DNA of 64,000 nucleotides from Longimicrobiales bacterium (GTDB lineage Bacteria; Gemmatimonadota; Gemmatimonadetes; Longimicrobiales; Gaopeijiaceae): NCBI GenBank assembly GCA_963662845.2, contig CAXXCM010000001.1, positions 275,241 to 339,240 of the forward strand, read 5' to 3'. Shown piece by piece: positions 55,227 to 64,000 of this stretch (position 1 is its first letter; each line of letters starts with the position of its first letter). The notes under the pieces were generated by a model. It saw only the letters and a program-made list of their open reading frames with translations, ran no database searches and was not told where the DNA came from. The position numbers and the translations under genes were made by a program.

Positions 55227-58200
55227 GCCCGTGCGCGAAGGGAGCGGTGCCGAGGGGGAACTCTCGGGCTCGGGCGGCGCCCGGCTCGCGGTCGACATCG
55301 GGGGCACCTTCACGGACGTGGCGGCGGAGGTCGGCGGCCGCCTCGTCACGACCAAGGTGCTCACCACCCACGCGGCCCCCGAGCGGGGCGTCCTGCAGGC
55401 CGTCCGCAAGGTCCTGCAGACGGCGTCCGTCGCGCCCTCGGCGGTGCGGTTGGTCATTCACGGCACCACGCTCGCCACCAACGCCATCATCGAGCGCAAG
55501 GGCGCGCGCACCGCGCTGATCACGACCGCCGGGCACCGCGACGCCCTCGAGATGGCGCACGAGAACCGCTTCGAGCAGTACGACATCGGGGTGGATCGCC
55601 CGCCGCCGCTCGTCCCGCGCCACCTCCGTCTCGCGGTGCAGGAGCGGATCGACCGTCGCGGCCGCGTCCTCGTCCCCCTCGACGAGGCGTCGGTGCGCGC
55701 GGTCCTGCCCACCCTCGACGAGCACGGCGTCGAGGCCGTGGCGGTGGCCCTCATCCACGGGTACGCCAACCCCGCCCACGAGCGGCGCATCGCCCGGATT
55801 CTCGCTGCGGAGCGCCCGGACCTGTCCATCACCCTGGCCTCCGAGGTCTGTCCCGAGATCCGCGAGTACGAGCGCACCTCGACCGCCTGCGCGAACGCCT
55901 ACGTGCGGCCGCTCATGGCGCGCTACCTGACCGGGCTGGCGGCGTCGCTGCGCGAGTCGGGCCTGTCGTGCCCCTTCCTGCTCATGACCTCGGGCGGCGG
56001 CCTCGCCACGCTGGAGACGGCGGTCACCGCGCCCGTGCGGCTCGTCGAGTCGGGACCCGCGGGGGGCGCGATCCTGGCGAGCCACCTGGCCCGCGAGCTC
56101 GATCTGGGCGACGTGCTCTCGTTCGACATGGGGGGCACCACCGCCAAGCTGTGCGTGATCGACGGGGGCGAGCCGCTCCACTCCCGCACCTTCGAGGTCG
56201 CCCGCAGCTACCGCTTCAAGCAGGGCAGCGGCCTGCCCGTGCGCATCCCCGTGATCGAGATGGTGGAGATCGGTGCGGGGGGCGGCTCCATCGCGGGGGT
56301 GGACGATCTGGGCCGCATCCACGTCGGTCCCGAGAGCGCGGGGTCGGAGCCGGGGCCGGCGGCGTACGGGCGGGGTGGGGACGAGCCGACCGTGACCGAT
56401 GCCGACGTGGTGCTGGGGCGCATCGACCCGGAGCTGTTCGCGGGGGGCGCGATCGCGCTGGACGGGGGCCGCGCCGAGCGGGCGGTCGCGGGCCGGGTGG
56501 GGTCGAAGCTGGGGCTCGACGCCGCGGTGGCCGCGCTGGGGATGAGCGAGATGGTGGACGAGAACATGTCCAACGCCGCGCGCACCCACGCCATCGAGTG
56601 GGGGAAGGGTCTGGGCGGCCGCACGGTGGTGGCGTTCGGGGGATCGGCGCCGATCCACGCGGCCCGCGTGGCCGACAAGCTGGAGCTGGACCGCTTCGTG
56701 GTGCCGGGAGACGCGGGGGTGGGTTCGGCGGTGGGGTTTCTGTTGGCGCCGATCTCGTACGAGGTCGTGCGGAGCCGCTACATGCGGCTGTCCGGGTTCG
56801 ACCGCGAGCTGGTGCGCGAGGTGCTCGCCGGAATGAGGTCGGAGGCGGCGGCCGTGGTCGCGAGCGGGGCGCCGGGGGCCGCCACCAACGAGCGCGCCCA
56901 CGCGTACATGCGCTACGTGGGCCAGGGGCACGAGATCGGCGTCGAGCTCCCCGAGGCGGTGGTTCGCGGCGGCGAGAACGCGGTGGCCGAGCTGCGCGAC
57001 GCCTTCGACGGGGGCTACGAGGCCGTGTACGGGCGCACGATTCCGGGGCTGGACGTCGAGGTGCTGAGCTGGACGCTCGTCATCTCGGCGCCCGCGCGAG
57101 GGTCCGGGCCGGCCGCGACGCCCTCCAGCCGCGCGACTCCCGCCGACGCTTCCTCCAAAAACCTCAGCCCCGAACCCGCCGCGTGGTCCGATCTATTCGC
57201 GGGCACGGACGAGGGACACGTCAGGGCGGCAGTCCACCACCGGCCCGATCTCGACGAGGGCGCCGCAGTGCCCGGCCCGGCGCTGATCGCCGAGGTGCAG
57301 ACGACCACGGTCGTGCCGGAGGGCTGGGAGGCGAGTGTGCTCGAGGGCGGCCACCTCCTTGTGGCAAGGGGCGGGCGCGACGGCCAGACCCCGGTGCGGG
57401 ACGTGCGGAAGGCCGGCTTCTCGGCGCTGCAGAATCAGATCATGTGGAGCCGCCTCCTCTCGGTGGTGGAGGAGCAGGCCCGGACCCTGGTGCGCACGGC
57501 CTTTTCCACGCCGGTGCGCGAGGCGGGCGACCTCTCCGCCGGCGTCTTCGACCTGCAGGGGCGCATGCTGGCCCAGGCCGTCACCGGAACGCCCGGGCAC
57601 GTCAACGCGATGGCCGCCTCGGTGGGCTGCTTCCTGCGCGACCACCCCGTCGAGACCCTGCGCGAGGGCGACGTCCTGGTCACCAACGACCCCTGGGAGG
57701 GCACCGGCCACCTGAACGACTTCACGGTCGTCACGCCCGCATTTCTCGACGGGCGCCTGGTTGCGCTCTTCGCCGCGACGAGCCACATCGCCGACGTGGG
57801 CGGGCGCGGCTTCGGCGCCGACGCCAACCAGGTCTTCGAAGAGGGGATCCGCATCCCGATCTGCCACCTCATGCGAGCGGGCGAGGTCGACGCGACCCTG
57901 ATGCGCATGGTGCGGGCGAACGTGCGCGAGCCCGACGTCGCGCAGGGCGACCTGTACTCGCTGGCCGCGTGCAACGAGACCGGCTGCGAGCGGCTCGTCG
58001 CCATGATGACCGAGTTCGGCCTCGACGCGCTCGACGACCTTGCCGAGATGGTCGTGGCCGCGTCGCGGCGAGCCATGCTGGAGCGCATTCGCGCGCTGCG
58101 TCCCGGAACCTACCGCCACCGCATGACCATCGACGGATACGACCGCGATCTGGAACTGGTGTGCCGCCTCACGGTCTCGCCCGACGGGATCGGCATCGAC

Positions 58201-59073
58201 TTCGACGGCACCTCGCCGCAGTCTCCCTACGGGATCAACGTGCCGGTCACCTACACCCGCGCCTACGCCTCCTTCGGGGTGCGCTGCGTGGTCGGCTCCG
58301 AGATCCCCAACAACGCGGGTTCGCTGAGCACGATCGACGTGACCGCGCCCGAGGGCTGCCTGCTGAACGCGCCGCCGCCCGCCGCCGTGTCGGCCCGCCA
58401 CTCGATCGGGCAGATGCTCCCCGATGTGGTCCTGGGCGCGCTCGGCCAGGCGATGCCGGCCGGCTCCGTCCCGGCGGAGGGTGCGTCCTGCCTGTGGAAC
58501 CCCGTCATCATGGGCGGGCAGGGGCTGGCCGGGTCCTACGGGTACGGCGACGCCGAGCCGTTCGTGGTCAACCCGTTCCACACGGGCGGCACCGGGGCGC
58601 GGCCCGGCAAGGACGGGCTCTCGGCGACCGCGTTTCCGTCGGGCGTTCGCAGCACGCCCATCGAGATCACCGAGACCGTGGCGCCGCTGATCTTCTGGCG
58701 GAAGGAGTACATCCCGGACTCGGGCGGTCCCGGCAAGCATCGCGGCGGCCTGGGCCAGGTGATGGAGATCTCCCATGCACAGGGCGCGGCCTTCGCGGTG
58801 TCCAAGATGTTCGAGCGCGTGCGCAACGCCGCGCGGGGCAGGGACGGGGGCGGTGCGGGCGCCCCTGGGCGGGTTCACATCCCGGGCGAGGGGGAGCTAC
58901 GGGTGAAGGGGCGCGAAGTCGTGCCGCCGGGGTGCCGGATCGTGCTCGAGACGCCGGGAGGCGGGGGGCTGGGCGATCCTCGCGACCGTCCCCGGGCGAA
59001 GGTGCGCCGCGATGTGCTCGATGGCCTGGTGAGCGCCGAGGCCGCAGGCCGGGACTACGGGCAGTCCGGATAG
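55219..59073 (+). CDS. Fused hydantoinase A / hydantoinase B (5-oxoprolinase-like) protein
   Basis: Track ORF of 1284 aa. The N-terminal part has AVDIGGTFTD and FDMGGTTAK (HyuA actin-like ATPase fold). The C-terminal half is HyuB-like. It overlaps the upstream SDR stop by 8 nt. Confidence 0.85.
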   Translation: MAEPVREGSGAEGELSGSGGARLAVDIGGTFTDVAAEVGGRLVTTKVLTTHAAPERGVLQAVRKVLQTASVAPSAVRLVIHGTTLATNAIIERKGARTALITTAGHRDALEMAHENRFEQYDIGVDRPPPLVPRHLRLAVQERIDRRGRVLVPLDEASVRAVLPTLDEHGVEAVAVALIHGYANPAHERRIARILAAERPDLSITLASEVCPEIREYERTSTACANAYVRPLMARYLTGLAASLRESGLSCPFLLMTSGGGLATLETAVTAPVRLVESGPAGGAILASHLARELDLGDVLSFDMGGTTAKLCVIDGGEPLHSRTFEVARSYRFKQGSGLPVRIPVIEMVEIGAGGGSIAGVDDLGRIHVGPESAGSEPGPAAYGRGGDEPTVTDADVVLGRIDPELFAGGAIALDGGRAERAVAGRVGSKLGLDAAVAALGMSEMVDENMSNAARTHAIEWGKGLGGRTVVAFGGSAPIHAARVADKLELDRFVVPGDAGVGSAVGFLLAPISYEVVRSRYMRLSGFDRELVREVLAGMRSEAAAVVASGAPGAATNERAHAYMRYVGQGHEIGVELPEAVVRGGENAVAELRDAFDGGYEAVYGRTIPGLDVEVLSWTLVISAPARGSGPAATPSSRATPADASSKNLSPEPAAWSDLFAGTDEGHVRAAVHHRPDLDEGAAVPGPALIAEVQTTTVVPEGWEASVLEGGHLLVARGGRDGQTPVRDVRKAGFSALQNQIMWSRLLSVVEEQARTLVRTAFSTPVREAGDLSAGVFDLQGRMLAQAVTGTPGHVNAMAASVGCFLRDHPVETLREGDVLVTNDPWEGTGHLNDFTVVTPAFLDGRLVALFAATSHIADVGGRGFGADANQVFEEGIRIPICHLMRAGEVDATLMRMVRANVREPDVAQGDLYSLAACNETGCERLVAMMTEFGLDALDDLAEMVVAASRRAMLERIRALRPGTYRHRMTIDGYDRDLELVCRLTVSPDGIGIDFDGTSPQSPYGINVPVTYTRAYASFGVRCVVGSEIPNNAGSLSTIDVTAPEGCLLNAPPPAAVSARHSIGQMLPDVVLGALGQAMPAGSVPAEGASCLWNPVIMGGQGLAGSYGYGDAEPFVVNPFHTGGTGARPGKDGLSATAFPSGVRSTPIEITETVAPLIFWRKEYIPDSGGPGKHRGGLGQVMEISHAQGAAFAVSKMFERVRNAARGRDGGGAGAPGRVHIPGEGELRVKGREVVPPGCRIVLETPGGGGLGDPRDRPRAKVRRDVLDGLVSAEAAGRDYGQSG

Positions 59074-59504
59074 ATCACCAGCGACTCGAGGTCCTCCTTG
59101 ATCGCCTCGTAGGCGGACTCCGGCGCGGTCGGGTTCTCGTTCTCGACCCAGGCGCCGCAGCGGGCGCCGGCCGACATCTCTCCCTGGTAGCGAACCCGCC
59201 CGGTCTGGTGGAAGACCGTGAGTTCGCCCTCCCAGGTGCCGTCCCGCAGGGTCGCCTCTAGCTGCACCCGCCCTTCGTCGCCCGGAAACGTATGCAGAAC
59301 CGGACCCGTATAGGGCAGCATGGTCTCGGGCTCCAGATAGGTGCTGTCCTGGACGACGAGCTCGGTCAGCTCCCGAGGCGGGGTGCGGGTGCAGGCGAAG
59401 GCAGACAGCGCCGCGAGCGCGAACACGGCGACCGCGACGCGCCGTTTCGACGCGGACACCCTTGAACACGGGGACGTGATTCGTGCAGATTGCTCCATGG
59501 CCAT
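59055..59504 (-). CDS. MORN-variant-repeat (YwqK-like) lipoprotein
   Basis: Track ORF of 149 aa. Lipobox-like LSAFAC. GTWEGELTVFHQTGRVRYQGEMSAGARCGAWVEN resembles MORN variant repeats. The start codon is uncertain because it overlaps the divergent gene's start. Confidence 0.55.
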   Translation of the reverse strand: MAMEQSARITSPCSRVSASKRRVAVAVFALAALSAFACTRTPPRELTELVVQDSTYLEPETMLPYTGPVLHTFPGDEGRVQLEATLRDGTWEGELTVFHQTGRVRYQGEMSAGARCGAWVENENPTAPESAYEAIKEDLESLVIYPDCP

Positions 59505-60957
59505 AAACCTAGCCGACGACGCCGTTCACGCACTCAACCGCGCCGCTGCGGTGGCCGCGCGAGAGGGCGCGGAGGCGACCACGCCCCGACACATTCTGGC
59601 GGGCGCGATCTCGCAGCGCGACCCGGCGCTCCTCGTAGCCCTCGCCGATCTCGCGCTCGACCCGGAGGCGCTCCCCGAAACGATGCGCGACGCGCCGCAG
59701 ACGTACGAGGGGCATCTGCCGTTCACGCCGCCGGCGCAGGAGGTGCTTGGGGCGGCCATCGAGGCCAGCGGTGCGGCGGGGCAGGCCGCGACGACGAGCG
59801 CCTATCTGCTGCTGGGCGTGGCCCAGGCCGGGGACGAAGAGGCGCGGGCGGTGTTGGAGGGGTGGGGGATGAAGGGGGACGCGCTCGCGGCGGCCTTGGC
59901 GGCGCACGCGGAGAGCGACCGGACCGGCCACGGCGACCGGGCGGATGCCGACCACGGACCCGGTTCGGATTCCGCCAAGGCGATGTCCGTCGTTGCGGTC
60001 GCGCTGCTCGCCCTTGTCTTGGCCTGCACCCCGGATGCGGCACCGGACGCCCCGCCCGGCGACGATCCCTTCGCGGCCACCCCCGCCGATGGCCCCGCCC
60101 CCGAGATCGGCCCCGCCCCCGACGACTACACCCCGACGGCGGCGGGCGCCCCCTCGACCGACATCTGGGTCGGACGGCTCGAGCGCGACGCGGACGGCCG
60201 CTTGACGGTGCTGGAGCTGGTCAACGCCACCGACCGCGACGGCTACGACAACCAGCCCTCGTTCGACCGTTCCGGCACGGCCATCTACTACACGTCCGGC
60301 GTCGACGCCACCCAGACCGAGACCTTCCGCTACCGCCTGGACGGCGGCGCCGTGGAGCGCGTCACCGAGAGCGCCGACGCCAGCGAGTTCTCTCCCACGG
60401 CAATCCCCGGCCAGGACGCCTTCTCGGCGATCCGCGAGGTGCGCGGCCTGCAGTTCCTCTGGCGCTACGGTACCGACGGCGCCGATCTGGGGCCCATCTT
60501 CGCGACCATCGAACCGGTGGGGTACCACGCCTGGGCCGACGAGCGCACCGCGGCGATGTTCGTGCTGGGCGACCCGCCCACGCTGCAGGTCGGCGATGCG
60601 CTCTCCGGCGAGGTGCGCACGGTGGCCGAGAACCCCGGCCGCTCCATCCACCGGATCCCCGGCACGGCCGAGATCTCCTTCGTGCGCAAGGTTTCGGACG
60701 AGGAGTGGTGGATCGAGCGGCTCGACCCGGCCACGGGCGCGACCGAGCGCATCGCGCAGACGCTTCCCGGCCGCGAGGACTACGCCTGGACGCCGAGCGG
60801 CGAGGTGCTCATGGGCGACGGCGCGTCCCTCTTCGCGTGGACGGCCGAGGGTGGCTGGGCCGAGGTGGCGGCGCTGGAGGCCGATGGCGCGGGCGAGATC
60901 TCGCGTCTGGCGGTGAGCCCCGACGGCGCCCGCATCGCCGTGGTGAGGGCTAGATGA
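59497..60957 (+). CDS. Clp_N-like repeat domain, TM helix and TolB-like beta-propeller fusion protein
   Basis: Track ORF 59341..60957 trimmed to ATG 59497 (MAINLADDAVHALNRAAAVAAREG...). Two Clp R-domain-like repeats are followed by a TM helix (MSVVAVALLALVLAC) and a C-terminal region with DNQPSFDRSGTAIYY-type TolB/WD40-like blades. Confidence 0.65.
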   Translation: MAINLADDAVHALNRAAAVAAREGAEATTPRHILAGAISQRDPALLVALADLALDPEALPETMRDAPQTYEGHLPFTPPAQEVLGAAIEASGAAGQAATTSAYLLLGVAQAGDEEARAVLEGWGMKGDALAAALAAHAESDRTGHGDRADADHGPGSDSAKAMSVVAVALLALVLACTPDAAPDAPPGDDPFAATPADGPAPEIGPAPDDYTPTAAGAPSTDIWVGRLERDADGRLTVLELVNATDRDGYDNQPSFDRSGTAIYYTSGVDATQTETFRYRLDGGAVERVTESADASEFSPTAIPGQDAFSAIREVRGLQFLWRYGTDGADLGPIFATIEPVGYHAWADERTAAMFVLGDPPTLQVGDALSGEVRTVAENPGRSIHRIPGTAEISFVRKVSDEEWWIERLDPATGATERIAQTLPGREDYAWTPSGEVLMGDGASLFAWTAEGGWAEVAALEADGAGEISRLAVSPDGARIAVVRAR

Positions 60958-61142
60958 CGGCGCGTCGCCGGGAGATGCGCATCCTCGCGTGGTACTGCGG
61001 GATTGGCGGCGTGGCGCTCGCCGCGCTGGCCTCGTCCGGCATCCTCTTTCCCCGTTCCGTGTGGGCGACCGTCGGCGCGGGCCTGCTGGGAGCCTGGGTG
61101 GGGCTTGCGATCTATCGACTCAGGTCCGACTCCCTGATATAG
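60954..61142 (+). CDS. Small two-TM membrane protein
   Basis: Track ORF of 62 aa. It makes an ATGA overlap with the upstream stop and has two hydrophobic helices. Confidence 0.45.
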   Translation: MTARRREMRILAWYCGIGGVALAALASSGILFPRSVWATVGAGLLGAWVGLAIYRLRSDSLI

Positions 61143-61173
61143 GGACGGCACAGACGATGACTGGAGGTTTCGC

Positions 61174-61461
61174 ATGATTGGAGAGTTCTTTAGCTGGTAT
61201 TTCAACTCGCTCGCAGAGTTCTGGGGCATGGCGATTCGGATCGGACTGCCCCAGATCCTGCTCGTCATCCTGCTCATCTGCTGGCTGCGGCGGAGGGGTT
61301 GCGGCAAGTCGAGCGGCAAGTCCTGCTGCTGGATGTGGACGTGCGGCAGCGAAGACGACGGGGCGTCCGACAAGCCCTCGCAGTGCGGCTGCGCGTGCGG
61401 GTGCTGTGGCCGCACCGACTGCAAGGTGCCGGCCGGTGACGAAGAGGACGGCGACGCCTGA
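61174..61461 (+). CDS. Small membrane protein with a Cys-rich (11 Cys) C-terminal tail
   Basis: Track ORF of 95 aa. It has one TM helix (IRIGLPQILLVILLICWL) followed by RRRGCGKSSGKSCCWMWTCGSEDDGASDKPSQCGCACGCCGRTDC. Confidence 0.5.
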   Translation: MIGEFFSWYFNSLAEFWGMAIRIGLPQILLVILLICWLRRRGCGKSSGKSCCWMWTCGSEDDGASDKPSQCGCACGCCGRTDCKVPAGDEEDGDA

Positions 61462-61462
61462 C

Positions 61463-63694
61463 TTGAGGGCCCGCCGGGACAGCCTTGCCTGCGACGGGGT
61501 TCGCAGGCTCTATCAGGGATCGCGTGGTGGCTGTGCGCGCTTCGCGGTCCTCGCCGTGCTCGTGCTCGGAGTGCCCGCCACCGCCGTCGGCCAGACCGTG
61601 CGCGCGGTCCGCGTGGCGCGGCCGCCCAACATCGACGGGGTGCTTGACGAGCCGTTCTGGAACCAGATCGAGCCGGTCACCGACTTCCGGCAGCGCGTCC
61701 CCGTCGATGGCGCGCCCTCTTCCGAACGCACCGAGCTGCGCGTCGCCTTCGACGACGACAACCTCTACTTCGCTGCGGTGATGCACGACTCGGATCCGGC
61801 GGCGATCAGACGCAGCATCCTGCACCGCGAGGGCCGGATCGACCAGGACGACAACATCCGCATCGGCCTCGACACGTATCACGACCGGCGCAACGCATAC
61901 ATCTTCGAGATCAACCCGTTCGGCACGCAGGGCGACGCGCTGATCGCCGACGAGTCCATGACGCTGGCCGACTGGTGGTGGGAGGGCGTCTACGAGAGCC
62001 AGGCCCGGATAACGGAGCAGGGTTGGGTGGTGGAGGTGGCGGTCCCGTTCACGACCATCCGCTTCGCGGACGCGGACGAGATCAAGATGGGCATCCTGAT
62101 GGAGCGCACCATCCGGCGCAAGAACGAGATGGTGTACTTCCCGCACATCGGCCAGGAGTTCTCGCGCGCCCTGACCCAGGTCTCGCAGTATGCGACCCTC
62201 GAAGGGCTCGAAGGGCTGCGACGGGGGCGCTACATGGAGGTGAAACCCTTCGGGATCACGGGGCGCACGGTGACCGGGCAGCGGGACGGGGCCCCCGGCG
62301 AGACCGAGACGCTGAACGACCTCGGCCTCGACTTCAAGTACTCGGTCACCTCCAACCTGACGCTGGACGCGACCGTCAACCCGGACTTCGCCCAAGTCGA
62401 GGCGGACAACGTCCAGATCAACCTGACCCGCTTCAGCCTCTTCTTCCCCGAGAAGCGCGAGTTCTTCCTGGAACGCGCGGGCCTGTTCGACTTCGGCGAC
62501 GGAGAGGAGACGCAGGTCTTCTTCAGCCGGCGGATCGGGATCACCAACGACATCGCGGGGGGCGGACGGCTGACGGGGCAGGCGGGGCCGTTGTCGGTCG
62601 GCGGGCTGAGCCTCTACACCGAGGATGCCCACGACGCGGAGGGTCGCGTGGTGCACGGGGGGCTCAACTCGGTGCTGCGGCTGCGCACCGACCCGTTTCC
62701 GAGGACGACGATCGGGGGGATCTTCACCTCGCTGAACACCGACGACGGGTTCAACCGGGTGGTGGGCGGCGACATGCAGGTCCGATTCGTGGGATCGAGC
62801 TTCGTGAGGGGGTGGATCGCGCAATCGTTGCAGAGTGAGGCTTCCGGCGGCGAGGACGCGATCGCCACGGCGGGCACGATCGAGGCCGACCTTCGCAGCA
62901 GCCTGCTGTCGGCCGGGGCCGGATTCACGCAGGTGCCCGCCGACTTCGACCCGGCGCTCGGCTTCGTGCGGCGGCGCGACATGCGCAGGCTCTCGGGTTC
63001 GGCCGCCGCCTTTCCGCGCTTCGAGCGCAGTCCGTGGGCCAGGCAGCTGATCGCGGCGGTCAGCGGCGACCGCATCGTGGGGCTGGACGGCGAGAAGCAG
63101 AGCACGTTCCTGCTGTCGCACAACATGCTCACCTTCGACAGCGGCGACCGCATGATGGTCAACGTCACCCGCCGCTCCGAGGTGCTGAGGGCGCCCGCGC
63201 GCATCCAGGGACGGGAGCTTGGGCCCGGCACCTACGTGTTCAACGGAGCCCAGTTCCGCTTCGACAGCGACACGAGTCGGCGCTTTTCGGCGCGAGGAGG
63301 CTTTTCGCGGGGCGGATTCTGGAGCGGAACCGGTACGGAGCTCGCGGTTGGCGGCATGTGGAAGACTGGGCCCTACCTGACGATCAGCGGCGACTACACC
63401 CGCAACGACATCAGCCTGCCGGTCGAGGACGGGGACTTCACCACGCAGCTCTTCCAGGTCACCGTTCTGGGCGCGGTGAGCCGATCGCTCTTCGCCAACG
63501 CTCTAGTCCAGTACGACGACGTGTCCGACCTCGTGCAGGCGAACGTGCGAATCAACTGGATCCACACACCCGGCAGCGACCTGTTCGTCGTCTTCGACAC
63601 GGGCTACCTCACCGGCGACCTGCTGGACCCCAGGACCGAGCGCTGGCAGCGACGCACAGGCGTGGTGAAGCTGACCTACATGAAGGCGTTCTAG
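61463..63694 (+). CDS. CBM9-like plus DUF5916-like outer-membrane beta-barrel protein
   Basis: Track ORF 61178..63694, whose upstream part overlaps the small Cys-rich gene in another frame. No in-frame ATG precedes the signal peptide (ARFAVLAVLVLGVPATAVGQ), so TTG 61463 is proposed as the start. It has RPPNIDGVLDEPFWNQ and ends ...KLTYMKAF. Confidence 0.7.
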   Translation: MRARRDSLACDGVRRLYQGSRGGCARFAVLAVLVLGVPATAVGQTVRAVRVARPPNIDGVLDEPFWNQIEPVTDFRQRVPVDGAPSSERTELRVAFDDDNLYFAAVMHDSDPAAIRRSILHREGRIDQDDNIRIGLDTYHDRRNAYIFEINPFGTQGDALIADESMTLADWWWEGVYESQARITEQGWVVEVAVPFTTIRFADADEIKMGILMERTIRRKNEMVYFPHIGQEFSRALTQVSQYATLEGLEGLRRGRYMEVKPFGITGRTVTGQRDGAPGETETLNDLGLDFKYSVTSNLTLDATVNPDFAQVEADNVQINLTRFSLFFPEKREFFLERAGLFDFGDGEETQVFFSRRIGITNDIAGGGRLTGQAGPLSVGGLSLYTEDAHDAEGRVVHGGLNSVLRLRTDPFPRTTIGGIFTSLNTDDGFNRVVGGDMQVRFVGSSFVRGWIAQSLQSEASGGEDAIATAGTIEADLRSSLLSAGAGFTQVPADFDPALGFVRRRDMRRLSGSAAAFPRFERSPWARQLIAAVSGDRIVGLDGEKQSTFLLSHNMLTFDSGDRMMVNVTRRSEVLRAPARIQGRELGPGTYVFNGAQFRFDSDTSRRFSARGGFSRGGFWSGTGTELAVGGMWKTGPYLTISGDYTRNDISLPVEDGDFTTQLFQVTVLGAVSRSLFANALVQYDDVSDLVQANVRINWIHTPGSDLFVVFDTGYLTGDLLDPRTERWQRRTGVVKLTYMKAF

Positions 63695-63713
63695 GTTCCG
63701 ACCTGCGGACCGT

Positions 63714-64000
63714 TCAGCCCAGTTCCGCGCAGATGTCCCGCACCGTCAGGGCCTCCACCCCGTGGCGCAGCGGATGGCTTTCGTCGCCGCCGTGAACCAC
63801 GATCCTGCGCGACGGATGCACGTCTTCGCAGGCGGCAAGGAAGCCGTGCGAGACCTTGGGTGCCGAGCTGCGCTTGATCTCGATGGCCCAGACCTCCCCA
63901 CCGCCCAGCTCCAGAACGAGGTCGATCTCGGCGCCCGTCACCGCACGGTAGTAGGCGCAGGATGCGTGCGCCGGCACGCCGCTCATGATGTTCTCGATGA
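63714..64000 (-). CDS. DUF4143-type ATPase C-terminal fragment (restriction-endonuclease-like fold), 5' part beyond the window
   Basis: Track ORF 63714..63986. The frame stays open upstream of the listed Met to the window edge. GAEIDLVLELGGGEVWAIEIKRSS carries a D...EIK motif, as in DUF4143 proteins. Confidence 0.65.
   Translation of the reverse strand, partial: IENIMSGVPAHASCAYYRAVTGAEIDLVLELGGGEVWAIEIKRSSAPKVSHGFLAACEDVHPSRRIVVHGGDESHPLRHGVEALTVRDICAELG

Overview
High-GC bacterial chromosomal fragment, by eye about two thirds G+C. It comes from a diderm-type organism, judging by outer-membrane beta-barrels ending in Phe and many lipobox or signal-peptide proteins. Coding density is high: I support about 50 CDS and found no rRNA, tRNA, CRISPR array, transposase or integrase. 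Many long ORFs in the track are Arg/Pro/Gly-rich shadow frames opposite real genes and were discarded. The backbone is ordinary: asnB, hydrolases and peptidases, SDRs, arsM, an MFS transporter, a fused hydantoinase/oxoprolinase and secreted beta-propeller proteins. Four regions deserve attention. (1) 7228-7845 is a secreted AhpC/TSA-type redoxin that the track splits in two. An in-frame TGA sits exactly at the catalytic Cys position and is followed by a SECIS-like hairpin, so this is a probable selenoprotein. (2) 8364-10946 is a tightly coupled operon. It encodes a membrane-anchored thioredoxin-fold-like protein, an NHL-type beta-propeller lipoprotein and four tandem paralogous small secreted four-cysteine peptides. 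I recognise no family or maturase here, and I consider it the best candidate for an undescribed system. (3) 23755-25541 is an overlapping two-gene module of an ABC-type (AAA_15/21-like) ATPase and a TOPRIM-like (DUF4276-like) protein. Its architecture resembles PARIS, OLD and Gabija. (4) 30175-49844 is a compositionally patchy accessory island that opens with a 28-nt poly-C tract. It holds four lipoproteins sharing a near-identical N-terminal lipobox plus Big_2 cassette fused to different C-terminal modules. Those modules are lectin-like, transglutaminase-like, and two tandem giant Big_2/plant-type-LRR/metzincin proteins with near-perfect 72-bp repeats. The island also carries an orphan low-GC protein of about 1100 aa with multiple TM helices, a coiled-coil-like region and an eight-Cys cluster. 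All family assignments come from motif recognition by eye and need HMM or BLAST confirmation.
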